A stretch of DNA of 63,847 bases, counting the filler, from Octopus bimaculoides (Eukaryota): the NCBI RefSeq assembly GCF_001194135.2. It is 5 parts of 4 records of this genome, joined end to end, with 100 filler letters (N's around TTAATTAATTAA, not from the genome) between each part and the next. Parts side by side here need not be neighbours in the genome. Positions count along the whole stretch, not along the records: positions 1 to 30,671 come from NC_068983.1; 4 more parts are not named here. The stretch is one strand, 5' to 3'. Below the pieces are notes generated by a model. The model was not told the DNA's origin. It was given only the letters and a program-made list of their open reading frames with translations, and did no database searches. Positions 12,575 through 25,633 of the stretch are shown here, piece after piece (the stretch's first letter is position 1; each line of letters opens with the position of its first letter). Made by a program: the position numbers and the translations under genes.

Positions 12575-13180
12575 CAAGGGTATAAAGCACACAGAGCAAA
12601 ATGCTCAGCAGTATTTTTCCTGCTATAACGTTCTGAGTTTGACTTTGTCTTCCATCTTTTGGAGTTGATAAAATAAGTTCTAGTCGAAAGAAGTTCCGGT
12701 CTCGTGAAAAATCTGAAATCAAAGGCACTGAGCCAGCAGAATTGTAAGCGTGTCAAAAAAAATATGCTTAGCAGTATTTCCTCTGGTTTTTAAATTCTGT
12801 GTTTAAATGTCGTCGATATCAAATTTGCCTTTAATCCTTTCGGGATCGATAAGTAAAGTAAAGTATTAATCAAGTACTTGGGCCGATGTAATCAACAAAC
12901 TGCTAAAATTGCTGTTTATGTGTCAAAAATTGAAATAATTATAATGTATAAAGTAAAGCTGGTGAACTGGCAGAATAGCGACAGGAACGAAAAAAATACC
13001 TTGCGACATTTACTTCGATTCTTTTCACTTTGAGCTCCAAATTCTGTCGAGGTCAACTGCGCATTTCGTCCCTTCGTGATTAATATATCCATCGATTAAT
13101 TGACCTCGATTAATTGAATCGATTAATCCATTCTCTTCAAAACTGCTGGCTTCGTGCTTAAATTAGGACCCATTATTATG
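12575..13180 (+). mobile_element. Three head-to-tail degenerate SINE family 3 copies
   Basis: Repeated aaatgct(c/t)agcagtattt...gataa..aagt motifs; units at about 12575, 12722 and 12955. Confidence 0.65.
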
Positions 13181-13285
13181 TCAAAAGGGTGTTTCTTATA
13201 AGCACCACTTCCTGTTACATAGCCTATTTAATTCTTCTCGCTTACACGGGTAATTAACGTTAATTTAGGCAGTTATATTTGTATA

Positions 13286-13868
13286 CAATAATCTCTCGAC
13301 TTTCGCGGCTGTTACATTCCAAGACCTCCCGCGATAGGTGAAAATCCGCGAAGTAGAAACAGTACTGTACTGTATATAATTTTTATCATTTTTAGAATTT
13401 ATATATATTTATTTTATTATAAATGCAAAACAATACCACACACTCATCTCCCGAGTTTCGTTTTCCATAAAGTATGTGCGATTCTTTGTTTACTTGTCTT
13501 AGGTACACTACGTGGTACCAAAAACACTACATACAACATAAATGAAAAGTGGTGCCCGTCAATTCAGAAAGATCCGTATATTCTTTTATTATATTAATGT
13601 GTTATACAGTGCAGTACTATACTCTATTTCTATATATTAATCTATTAATTTTTAGGCGTGAAAATGCTTATTTTACCACAGAAATAATTAAGATCTAAAA
13701 AAATGTAAATACCTATCGGCCGCAGAAACACGCGATATACTGAAGAGTCCGCGATATAAATTTACATATATTAGCCAGAGAAATCCGCGATGTACTGAGT
13801 GTGCGATAGATGAACCGCGATGTACTGAGTGCTCGATAGTTGAACCGCAATATGTCAAGGGATTACTC
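13286..13868. mobile_element. Tigger/pogo-type MITE
   Basis: TA-flanked imperfect TIRs caataatctctcgactttcgcgg / ccgcaatatgtcaagggattactc; subterminal 30-bp tandem ccgcgatgtactgagtg. Confidence 0.7.
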
Positions 13869-14019
13869 TACTTAGAAATGCAGACTCTTCTGACTTTTTA
13901 TCCCTACTCTTTTTTCTTTCCGTTGCCCTGTCCCCTAAACGTTGATTTAGCATTTATTTTATGTACAGTCCTTTCAACTTTCTTATGTTTTTTCTTTACT
14001 CTCCTTAATTTCATACATA

Positions 14020-14159
14020 GACGCAGGAGTGACTGCGTGGTAAGTAGCTTGCTTACCAAGTCCCGGGTTCAGTCCCACTGAGTGACAGCTTGGGCAAGTG
14101 TCTTCTACCATGGTGTCAGGCCGATCAAATCCTTGTGAGTGGATTTGGTGGATGGAAGC

Positions 14160-14237
<78 letters not shown>

Positions 14238-14473
14238 CGTGCGTGTGAATGTGTATGCATATGTTTGAGTGTCTGTGTTTATTCCCCCATCATCGCTTGA
14301 CAACCGATGTTGGTGTGTTTCCGTCCCCGTAACCTAGCGGTTCATCAAAAGAGACCGATAAAATAAGTACTAGTCTTACAGAAAATAAGTCCTGGGATTG
14401 ATGTGTTCGACTACAGGCGGTGCTCCAGTATGGCCGCAGTCAAATGACGGAAACGAATAAAAGAATAAAAGAA
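14020..14473 (+). mobile_element. SINE family 2 with internal (TA)n(TG)n tract, full-length
   Basis: tRNA-like head (gactgcgtggtaag...gggttcagtccc), body ttgggcaagtgtcttctac, central microsatellite, 3' gcggtgctccag.atggccgcagtcaaatgac and TAAAAGAA tail. Confidence 0.85.
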
Positions 14474-15416
14474 CGCTCCTAGCTTTTCATTTTTTACCCC
14501 AATAACAGTCAAGCACAAAATGTCAGTTCACATTACCTCTCGGGTCATACGAAATTATCACATTTAAGAATTCTATTAATTATTTACTTATTTATTTGTT
14601 GAAAACAGACCACCACTACTTAACTCAAGCTCCTGTATTTTTACATTTATATTGACTCTTAGTGTTTTAGCAGTCCAGGACAGTATTGGTAAAATTTTTA
14701 GAGCTTCAGACGGGATATCTTGCAGTTTCTGTACCTGTTCTGTGCCTTCTGAGTTCAAGTTCAGTCCCGTCACAGAAGAATGGTTACATTCTGGTCAGGA
14801 ATTGGTACCGAGAGGTAGTACCAGCAATTTGAAAAACCAGTAGAAGCATAGTTTCGCTGTTTTGACTGGAAAATTGACTGACACCACCACCACCACCACT
14901 AATCACCATATGATGGTGGTGGTGGTAATGAACTTTGTTTCTAGCTCCAGGTAGATCTTGATCGAAAAGATATTCAGTCATAATCATCCCGCCTTCTTTC
15001 AAACATAGTACATCTACTACTATATTATCCAAAGCATCTTCCCATTTTAAAGATAAATTGCAATCTGAGGCAGATTTGACTTCTCTCTAGTTTTGAAGAT
15101 GCAATATAAAGCTTGTATTCGCTTGTACACTGAAATTAGGAAGTCCAGGTGTACTTTACATTTTGATGCCTTAGAATTTAGATCTACTTTGGACCATATT
15201 TAGAGCAGATTTTAAATATACCATCAATTTTGACTTAACAACTCTAAATTAATTAACCATCTGCTATTTTACACAAAAAGCAACAATATTATAGCACTAC
15301 AAAGGTATTATATTCTATTAAAACAATCGCATATTACTCATTTTATTTCAACACAAAGACTTAGACTGCACTGCATTAGAATCCATAGTCATTGTAACTC
15401 AAAGATAAATATAAAA

Positions 15417-16291
15417 CATGAGGTAGTATCAAAGAGTTCCAGGACTAATTATGTTTAATAAGAAAAATAGCTTATTTGCCTATGCTTTAACATCATCTCC
15501 TTCGAAATAGTCACCTTGCGCAGTAATACACCCGTCCCAGCGTTCCTACCACTTTTGGAATCCGGCCCGGAAGTTATTTTCCGTAAATAAGTCGAGGACC
15601 TTCTGCGATTCACTCTTGATCTCGACAACGGTATTAAAACGACAACATTTGAGCTGCATTTCCATTTTGGGGAAGACGTGAGAGTCCACAGGTGCTAAAT
15701 CTGGTGAAAAGGGTGGGTGTGGAAACGATACCATGTTGTTTTTTGGTAAGAAACACACGAGTGATGAGAGCTCGGTGACAGAGTGCATTGTCGAAGTGAA
15801 GGATCCACACGTTAGGATTACCTACACTATCCCATACGACAGACCAACAACATCAGCAATGTCGTTGATTTTCCTCCGACGATTCTCATGCTCGTGGCAG
15901 GTCTTCCAGATCGCTCATCGTCTTCGAAAGACGTTCTTCCGCTTTTGAAGCCCTGTGCCACATGAAATATTGCGTACGACCCATTGCCTCGTCTCCGTAA
16001 ACTTTCCGAAGCAGGTTCAATGTCTCTGTAGAAGACTTCCCAAGTTCAACGCAAACTTTCACGTTGGCTCTTTGTTTCAATTTCCTGTCCATGACAAAAA
16101 TCACACACTACAGCGTACACGTGGTAACAAAAACACAAATTTCACTACGTGCGAAGTAAACATAGCAATGCAATTCGGCACATTACGTCAGGAAGGTCAC
16201 TGCCAGCTCCCACTGCGCACGCAACTGTATACTGCCATCTGTTGGCTTGCTGCAGAACTAGACGGGGAACGTTTTGATACCACTTCGCATA
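15417..16291 (-). mobile_element. Internally deleted mariner element
   Basis: TIRs gaggtagtatcaaagagttcc / ggaacgttttgataccacttc. N-terminal HTH (QRANVKVCVELGKSSTET) is fused to WILHFDNA...HPPFSPDLAPVD; the first catalytic Asp region is missing. Confidence 0.88.
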
Positions 16292-17139
16292 TAAACTTAT
16301 GAGCCAATTAACATACATGAGGCATTTTTCTATAACTTCCTTGAGTGGGATTCAGCAGAACAATCCCACTAAAAGTTCTGAGGGTCCTCCCTTATCATGT
16401 GTGTATCCAACTTTTCTGCTACTTCACTTCCATTGCTTGCATATTCTGATGAAATTTTTGTCATTGCTCTTTGCTTAAATCACCAAGCTTTTGTGAAAAG
16501 CAATATAAGTTAATGTGAAGGTCAGTCAGGAGCAAACTGCGGCATCTTTGACTTTCTGAAGAGTACACCTAATTTCATGCGGAAAATAGAATTTCTTACA
16601 ATGTACTTTATTCCGTTCTCACTTGTACACTTACATGTTCACTCAAAAAGTTTTGGGGAAGCTGGTATCAAAGGTGGAATAGCTTTTAAACTTGCAACTA
16701 ACCTCCCCTACTTATTAATGCTTGTTGCGTTGTGTGTGCATCTGTCAGAAAAATTTTAATATTTGTCATCTCTGTAATTTTCAACGTGCCTTAGAGTTAA
16801 TTTGCAACCGTCCATTCATTCAAGAGCCTTAAACTGGTAGCTCTACACAGGACACTCCATTAGTGAATAAAATACTGTTTTAATGTTCAATTTGTGTTTC
16901 ATCGCTTATAACAACTTGCTGCAACAATTCAACGACTGTAATAACCGGAGTGTATAGTTATCAGACAGGACTGACAAAACTTTATTTTCAAAGTGTGTGC
17001 AAAGTTACACTGCACAATATACATGTATTGTACAGTCGCTGAATTATCGCAGCAAGCAGTTATAAGCAGTGGAAGTTAACTGAACATTAAATCAATAAGT
17101 ATTCTTTATTTTAAATTAAAATTTTTGATATCACAACTC

Positions 17140-19570
17140 ATGGTTTCATCCAAAGAAGGAAAATTTCTGAAACGAGAAAATTCAAGGAAAAGTGAACAAA
17201 TGATCACTTTCTTGACAAAATAAAAACTGAGTCGATGTGTTCAATATGTTACGAATCTTCTTTTGCTTTTAAGCAATTTCAAGTCAAACCACATTAGACT
17301 GCAAAACATTAAGCTGCACGATAAATTTGAAGGGGATATTAATAAGCAAAAAAAATTAAAATTGAAGCTCTTAAGGAGTAGACCCGCTGCCTAAATACGT
17401 TATTTTCTAAAAGACAAATAGAGCTAAAAGGAATTATAAATTCAAGCTACGTTGTTGACAAAAAAGTTGCTAAACATAAAAAAGATTATGCCGACGGTGA
17501 ATTTGTAAAGGAATGTCTTTTAGCAGCGGCTGAACTTTTATTCGCGGGGAAGTTAGATATGTTTGACAAGATTAACTCGTTTCCAGAATAATAACATAAC
17601 GGATTGAAGAAATTGCAGCAATATCGAGAGTAAAGTAAGAGTATGTTATTATTTTCCATTGGCTATCGACGAAAGCATATATCCGATTCGGTCCAACTGA
17701 TAATTTTCATACGTGGTATTGATAATCGCTCAATAATTACATACTGTTCAGACAATTAAAGACACCGTTACAGGATATAAAGTTTATGAAGAAGAGAAAG
17801 CAACAATGAAGTTAATCTCCTGCTTCAAAGGCTCGCCAGTGTAACAATAGATGGGACCACAGATATGGTTGGGACTAAGATAGGCTTTATATCAAAATTA
17901 AAACACGAATGAACTTCTTTGAATTTATCAAACACCGATTTTCCCACAATTCTTTGCATAATTAATTCATCTAGAAAATTTAATGTCTAAGGTTATTTCA
18001 TTTTCCTTTTTTTTTCTTTTATTTGTTTCAGTCATTTGACTGCGGCCATGCTAGAGCACCGCTTTTAGTCGAAGAACTCGACCCCAGGATTTATTCTTTG
18101 TAAGCCTAGTATTTATTTTATCGGTCTGTAAAATTTAAAAATGTTATGCGTGTCGTTGTTCCAACACTAGATTTTATAACATTCCGAGCACTTAACAATC
18201 AACATTTTAAAGAGTTTTTATAATTTGAATCGGAGTTAGAGTGATCCGGTTTATAAACGTACTATTGAGAGGTAGTTTTCTTCAGAAATCTTTGCATAAA
18301 ATTGCTAGAATCATTAGTCTTTAAACTTTTGACAAAAGAATTCATCACTCTTAAGCTCAAATTATTTCTGTTTGCAGTTCCTTTCGTCTTATTTTTCAAC
18401 ATCAGTATTAAAAGAATTATCAAGAAGATTAGAACCAACTTTTCTGGTTTATTGCTGGGCTAAGTAAAATGAATATGCTTCAACGGATTTATAACCACAG
18501 AGAATCGGTATGCGTCATCTTAAAAATGAAGTGTAAATTTGTCTTTCAGTTGATGAATGATAACTGGATTTGTGACCTTGTCATTCTCTTAGATATAACT
18601 AACCATTTTAATGACATCAATTTAAAATTACAAGAACAAAATTAGGTGATTCATGAGATGTATACTATTGTTAAAAGTTTCGAAACAAAACCTCAAAGTT
18701 GTAAGAATCAACTCAGGACTGATGACGCTTTCGATTTCCTCACAGAAAGTCAGGTTACAATAGTTTTGCTGTAGAGTTAGTGGAGGCGCAATGGCCCAGT
18801 GGTTAGGGCAGCGGACTCGCGGTCATAAGATCGCGGTTTCGATTCCCAGACAGAGCGTTGTGAATGTTTATTGAGCGAAACACCTAAAGCTCCACGAGGC
18901 TCCGGCAGGGGATGATGGCGAACCCTGCTGTACTCTTTCACCACAACTTTCTCTCACTCTTACTTCTTGTTTCTGTTGTGCCTGTAATTCAAAGGGCCAG
19001 CCTTGTCACACTGTGTCACGCTGAATATCTCCGATAACTACGTTAAGGGTACACGTGTCTGGGGAGTGTTCAGCCACTTGCACGTTAATTTCACGAGCAG
19101 GCTGTTCCGTTGATCAGATCAACTGGAACCCTCGACGTCGTAAGCGACGGAGTGCCAACAACGACGCTGTAGAGTTAAATGAGTTTTTTAAAAATAACTA
19201 AAACCAGATTTAAGGATTTCAAAACCAGAAAAGTTGGTTCTAATCTTCTTGAAAATTCTTTTAATACCGATGTTGAAAAATAAGACGAAAGGAATTGCAA
19301 ACAGAAATAATTTGAGCTTAAGAGTGATGAATTCTTTTGTCAAATGTTTAAAGACTAATGATTCTAACAATTTTATGCAAAGATTTCTGAAGAAAACTAC
19401 CCCACAATAGTACAGTTCGTTATAAGATATGCCCTCGTGTTTGATGGTACGGATAAATGCGAAAAATATTTGATCGAACTACACACACTTCAATGATGAA
19501 GTGCAAGGTTTCTTGAATTTTATAACCTCTCGTTGACAGCAACATTTTTAGCATTTTAAGCTATTGGCGA
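17140..19570 (+). pseudogene. Decayed hAT transposase (GTF2IRD2/EPM2AIP1-like) with SINE insertions and an inverted segment
   Basis: RKFKEK*TNDHF..CSIC; SYVV..K..ADGEFVKECLLAAAELL; LAIDES..QLIIFIRGID; VTIDG..MVG; NWICDLVILLDITNHFNDINLKLQ; ELQTEII.ELKSD. Confidence 0.85.
18780..19165 (+). mobile_element. SINE family 1, copy 3, inserted in the hAT relic
   Basis: 12-bp TSD GCTGTAGAGTTA (18768-79 / 19166-77). Confidence 0.92.
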
Positions 19571-20520
19571 TTTTTACTAAGGAAGATCATATGTGTAAAC
19601 ATCTTTTGCCTTGGAAACATAAATAATTTTTTTTTTTCCGAAATGTATTTTTACGGCGCTTATTAAATAATGCAGGATATGCTGCAGAACCAAAATACTG
19701 ACATGCTAGTAAAAAAGACGAAAATAGAATGTAAGTATTGAGTTCAGCGCCTCTAAATTAGTCAAGAAATATCATATATAGGTCAACAGAAATTGTTATT
19801 CAGTATAGTTAGTAAATGGAATTTTAATAACCAAAACAGATTTTGGTTTAAAATTAGTAAGTGTTGGCCAAGAGTTAAAAGTACGAATCTATTTAAATCA
19901 CCAGTAAAGAGACTAGAGCCGAATCAGTAGATTCCACCATAAGATATGGAAAAGTGTGCATGCATTTGACGTGACCCAACAAATGAGAATAATAGTTTTC
20001 TGGCTTTCAGCGAGGTAAGCTTAGGTTGTACTTACGTTATATACACACATACAGACATGCAGACAGATAGACACGTATGCTTATAAACATGTCTATTTTA
20101 ACATATTTTAATATTATAATTCATCTATACATTTTTATACANNNNNNNNNNNNNNNNNNNNNNNNNNNNNNNNNNNNNNNNNNNNNNNNNNNNNNNNNNN
20201 NNNNNNNNNNNNNNNNNNNNNNNNNNNNNNNNNNNNNNNNNNNNNNNNNNNNNNNNNNNNNNNNNNNNNNNNNNNNNNNNNNNNNNNNNNNNNNNNNNNN
20301 NNNNNNNNNNNNNNNNNNNNNNNNNNNNNNNNNNNNNNNNNNNNNNNNNNNNNNNNNNNNNNNNNNNNNNNNNNNNNNNNNNNNNNNNNNNNNNNNNNNN
20401 NNNNNNNNNNNNNNNNNNNNNNNNNNNNNNNNTATAAGACTTGTTTTAGAGAATTTGTTGCAATTGCTTCCTTTAGAGTCATATCCCAATGATGATCATA
20501 TTCGTCGCAAAAAATCATGT

Positions 20521-20791
20521 AAAAAAATCGCCGAAAACAATCGCAGTAATGAAAACATAGGAATCCAAAATTTCAGGATTGCAGGTCCGGATTCGGCCCG
20601 GAATGTTTTTAACTTACTCACGGAATTACCCTTTAGATTATAAAAATTGTTATCGTACAAAACAATTTGCCGCAAAAATTTCCCGTAAAAAAATCGCCCC
20701 CAAACAATCACAGTAATGAAAACTTGGGAATCCAAAAATTCAGGATTGTGGGTCCGGATTCGGCCCGGAATGCTTTTAATTTACTCACGGA
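20521..20791 (+). repeat. Two diverged direct repeats, period about 166 bp
   Basis: aaaaaatcgcc..aaacaatc.cagtaatgaaaac...ggtccggattcggcccggaatg.ttttaa.ttactcacgga at 20521 and 20687. Confidence 0.8.
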
Positions 20792-20915
20792 GTCAGCCTG
20801 ATTCCATAATGGTATGATATGATGGGCTACGGCCTCTAGGAGTAAAGTTGAAAAAGTGTGACACAATGACCCACTGACATTCACATTTATTATATTATAT
20901 TATTATATTACAACA

Positions 20916-21075
20916 AGGCGGCGACCTGGCAGAATCGTTAGCAGTATTTCGTCTGCCGTTAGGTTTTGAGTTAGAATTCTGTCGAGGTCGACTTTGCCTT
21001 TCATCCTTTCGGGGTCGATAAAATTAGTACAAGTTACGTACTAGGGTCGATGTAATCGACTTAATCTCTTCCCCC
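20916..21075 (+). mobile_element. SINE family 3
   Basis: aggcggcgacctggcagaatcgttag...gtcgactttgcctttcatcctttcggggtcgataaa. Confidence 0.85.
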
Positions 21076-21313
21076 ACTACTATTTTTAATAAAACATCAT
21101 CAACTCTCCCTAAATTTCTTTATTTATCTTTCGATCCCTCTAATTTTCTTTCTCTGTCTGTCTTCAGCACCGCCCTCACCGTCTCTATGCCTACTATTAC
21201 TCTCATCTCATCATGAGGAATAGTAGGAGTGTCATTGAATAATGAGAGAGGGGGGTCTAAGTTTGACACTGACAAAGTAGTTTTCGCATTTATTACATTT
21301 TATATATATATAT

Positions 21314-21401
<88 letters not shown>

Positions 21402-22663
21402 GCCCGTACATTCATATATACATTCATACATGCATAAATAGATGTATACATTCATGTACGCGTATAAATCCCAGAAAATAAGTATTTTGAGATTCCACTT
21501 ACCTGAAAAGCAATAATTAAGTTAGTGCTAGCGTTTTGTGTAGTAGCATAAAACATCTTATTAAAAGTAGGAGGTAAAGAAAAAGACAACATTTGTTCAG
21601 TGACTAATATCGCTTTATTTATTTCTGCAAGTACGCGAGCCAACTCCGACATGTGTCGGTTTGATTAGAGCTCTTCAGTGAAGCATAGACATGTTAAAGT
21701 AGTGACGAAAGAATCTAAGAATCTACTTTACAGCAAAAAAATAAAAGATGATATAAATAAATCTAATATAAAATAACACGAAAAATAAACACTCACTAAG
21801 TAGCTGTACAATATTGTGAACTCGAAAGTAATTAACCACACTGTTTGATTTTAATATGCTAAATTTCACATTTACTTGTTTCAGTTATTGCACATGTACT
21901 GACTGGTTCTCTCATCACGACTTCAACATGTTATACAGTTCAATATGTCACAAAATATGTTTGTTGGATAAACATTTCACAAATATCAAAGCAAAAGTTA
22001 TGATTTCTTAAAGTATTTACTACTGGCTAAACATTATTTTATAATATATAAATGAAGAAAAATTACACTACAGTTTGTTTATGTTTTGAAGAATAACATG
22101 TCAAGAGGTTTCTTTCTTTTTTGTCTTTTTCTTTCTTTTTATTTTTCATTTATAAGATAAGAAATCAGGAGCTGTTTTCGAAACTTTCATACTGAGAGAA
22201 CTAAGTGAGATGAATGCAGTTAGTGTTCAGTTTGAATTTTTTCATGTTTAGTGGTTGAGGTGAAAATATCTGGCAGAGAAGCTCTTGCAGAAAGATACAT
22301 TTAAAATTTCTGCATTCGATGGATTAGGCAAAGGAGAGACAGGTGCAATGAATAGGTTTAGATGGAGATTAAAGAGAGGGGGAAAAAAACAGTACCTTCA
22401 AATTTACAGTTACTGTTATAGATGCAGAGGTAAACATTAGAATGAAGCAAATAAAGTAGAGAAGAAATGGATAGTCGTTGATTGTAGGCTTGCCAATCGT
22501 GCGGACGGTCTTTTGGGGTTTTTTTTTGTGTGTGTGTGTGGGGGTATTTTGTTTTTAGAGATGAATTCTGTGAATTGAATATGTGAATCTGCTTGAAATT
22601 TCAAATATATGAAATATATGGACAATACACTTGAGCTTTTATATATATATTTACTCATATATA

Positions 22664-23176
22664 TTCTTTTATCTGTTTCAGAAATTTGACTGCGGCCATG
22701 CTGGTTGATANNNNNNNNNNNNNNNNNNNNNNNNNNNNNNNNNNNNNNNNNNNNNNNNNNNNNNNNNNNNNNNNNNNNNNNNNNNNNNNNNNNNNNNNNN
22801 NNNNNNNNNNNTATATATATATATATATATATATATATGAATGCATATATAGTGTGTGTAAATACATATGTATATGTATATGATGATGGGCTCTCTCGTC
22901 GAAGACGATGTATGAGCGTTTAGTTTTTGGTGAATGACCTGCTTACTCGCTCGATCGAATCGACGTCGTCTGAACAGGTGCACCGTGAGCCACGCGTCAG
23001 GTGTCGAAGTGATCGCAGAGCAGTTTCTGATTACCAGTTTCACTCACATGCTATTTGTCTGTCCGAGACTGTATTAGAAAACACTTACCCAAGTTAACAC
23101 GTAGACCACGTAGTGTGATCGAACTCCAAAACCAGATACTTGTGAACCGAACTTCTTAACCACGCAGACATTCCTG
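22664..23176 (-). mobile_element. SINE family 2 copy spanning a gap, with a possible RTE 3' fragment (22882-23045) inside
   Basis: Tail tttgactgcggccatgctgg at 22686, head at 23047-23176; the insert ends (minus) in atcgtcttcgacgagagagcccatcat. Confidence 0.55.
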
Positions 23177-24728
23177 TACATATATCTTACAGAACACAGC
23201 TATGTATACACAAAACATTCATCCATCCACCACAGTAGTGGCTATCAATTTGTTACACGAGTACGGTCATTGCTGTCAAATCATCTTATTTCTGTTTCTT
23301 TTTTACGTATGATCCTTCCATCCAGATATTCATACATGTACACTTTCACACACACACGCACACACATACAAACACACACACATACACACACATGTCGCAT
23401 TGGTACGTCTCATCGAAATAACTTTTCATAGAATGATTTTTGTAAATATATTTTGCTGAATAGTTATTTTCTGTTAACTCTCATCTGATCTTTGATTATT
23501 ATTTAATATAATTTTGATGACATAAAAGCTTCAGGTTAACCACCAGTCAGGCAATATGGCTGCGTGATATCGATTATTTGTACCCACAGCTGAGAAAGAA
23601 TTTGTGTTGAGTAGAAGAGGAAAATGTAAGCTAATTCTTAATGGGTTTTCATGAGTTAGAGCAGTACTGTCAATGATGTCATATATTGATAATGTGACAT
23701 GTTCTCGATATATAAAATTAGAATTTCTTCTGACAGAAATGAAAAAAAAAAAACTGACTACCATCCCGCTCCTGATCTAGTATGCATTGAAGCCGAAAAG
23801 ACAGTACATAGAATGAGAGAAAGAGCTCATAATTCGGAGAAACAGACATCAATCGGTATCAAACCTATGACACAGATATTTGGTAATTATCTTGGTAAAA
23901 AAGAGAAGCTTTGATGCAGAAGTTTTAATCAAAGCACGAAGATTCTAGAGGTGACAGTCTTATAAGACAAGCCACGTCAAACAGCCAGAGGAGAATATGT
24001 ATCGAAAGACAATGATAAAAATTGTCTTTAAATTTTCACATCCCAAAGAAATTTATAGACTTGCTTATTCAAAGTGGAAACTGGTGTAGTGATGGAGTAT
24101 TCATTGCTGTTCTAGTTGCGAATTACTTATATATCATTCAACTTCAGTTAAATGGCCGTCACACTGTTCCTTGGTCCGATTTTGCTCTTGACAAATTTGA
24201 AGCAATTTACAACGAAATCATTCCAGTAATTGTGTTTATATATATATATATATNNNNNNNNNNNNNNNNNNNNNNNNNNNNNNNNNNNNNNNNNNNNNNN
24301 NNNNNNNNNNNNNNNNNNNNNNNNNNNNNNNNNNNNNNNNNNNNNNNNNNNNNNNNNNNNNNNNNNNNNNNNNNNNNNNNNNNNNNNNNNNNNNNNNNNN
24401 NNNNNNNNNNNNNNNNNNNNNNNNNNNNNNNNNNNNNNNNNNNNNNNNNNNNNNNNNNNNNNNNNNNNNNNNNNNNNNNNNNNNNNNNNNNNNNNNNNNN
24501 NNNNNNNNNNNNNNNNNNNNNNNNNNNNNNNNNNNNNNNNNNNNNNNNNNNNNNNNNNNNNNNNNNNNNNNNNNNNNNNNNNNNNNNNNNNATATATATA
24601 TATATATAAGCAAATGATCACTATAAGAATTAATTCATTAAACAGAGTTCAATAAATATCATCAAATAAAATGAAATGAAGCAGATTTTGTTGCTAATGA
24701 TGGATTACTCATTTATTCAATTAATTAT

Positions 24729-24822
24729 TCCAGAGAGCTATTTCTGTCAAGAAGACCATGATATCACCAAAGAAATAATGCATATTATTATCATAAAATG
24801 TCTTTTTGTACTCATCAGTAGA
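24729..24822 (-). ncRNA. Degenerate hammerhead motif in the left arm of the same inverted repeat
   Basis: Minus: TCTA-CTGATGA-GTACAAAAAGAC...GTCTTCTTGACA-GAAAT-AGCT-CTC-TGGA; helix III is mutated. Confidence 0.4.
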
Positions 24823-25146
24823 TTATTAATAAAACAATAAGACGTGTAAAATTATTACCTTAAGTTTTTTCACTGCTATTATATTAATATTTACTCACGA
24901 AATACAATTCAAGACAAAGACTTAAAAGGCGTAACTTTTATATTTCTAAGTTGTCTGATTGTTTACTCTTAACTTCCTCCCTCTCATATCCAAACAAATG
25001 TCTCTCTCGTTTGTCTCTAGATTACTGGTAAAAAAAAAAGGTATGGTTATGTACATCTAAAGTATAATGAAGTAAATATTACTATAATGATAACAAAGAA
25101 AAATCTCAAGGTAATAATTTTAAACGTCTTATTGTTTTAATTATAA

Positions 25147-25241
25147 TCCACTGATGAGTACAAAATAGGCATTCTATGACAATAATATGCAATATTTCTT
25201 TGATGATATCATGGTCTTTTTGACAGAAACAGCTGTCTAGA
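25147..25241 (+). ncRNA. Hammerhead motif in the right arm of an inverted repeat
   Basis: TCCA-CTGATGA-GTACAAAA...TTTTTGACA-GAAAC-AGCT-GTC-TAGA; extra A before GAAA; stem I has one mismatch. Confidence 0.55.
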
Positions 25242-25558
25242 ATTGTCGAATAAATGAATAATCCATCATTAACAAAAATCCGCTTCATTTCATTTTATTT
25301 GATGACATTTATTGAACTCCGTTTAATGAATTAATTCTTATAACGATCATTTGCTTACATATATTCATAAGGATATGATAAGAAATTCGTAAATAAGATA
25401 TGATAAAAAGACACCCGAAACCTAGGGAATGATTCCTTTAGAGGAAGGAGAAAATTTCATCATCCGGATAAATATAATATTGACATTGATGTCTGCATAT
25501 AAAGCTTGTTTCAAATAACTTCCCCACAGCATAAATTCCAGTTTGTTGAGTGTATAGT

Positions 25559-25633
<75 letters not shown>

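Larger units (their letters stand above)
24604..25360. repeat. About 255-bp inverted repeat pair (Penelope-like pLTRs)
   Basis: 24604-24862 is the diverged reverse complement of 25107-25360; each arm has a hammerhead motif. Confidence 0.85.

Noticed and set aside
13345-13372. GAAAC-AGTACT-GTA palindrome resembling hammerhead helix III
   Set aside because: No upstream CUGANGA core; it is part of the Tigger MITE.
14588-15032. Overlapping short ORFs with ordinary composition, and an (ACC)n/(GGT)n hairpin near 14881-14925
   Set aside because: No recognisable family or consistent splice sites; the hairpin is explained by simple repeats.
21452-21652. Minus-strand ORF ending at CAG|GTAAGT, next to a CTGAAGAGCTC motif and a CCGACACATGTCGG near-palindrome
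   Set aside because: No homology recognised, no clear acceptor, and the ribozyme-like motif lacks GAAA.
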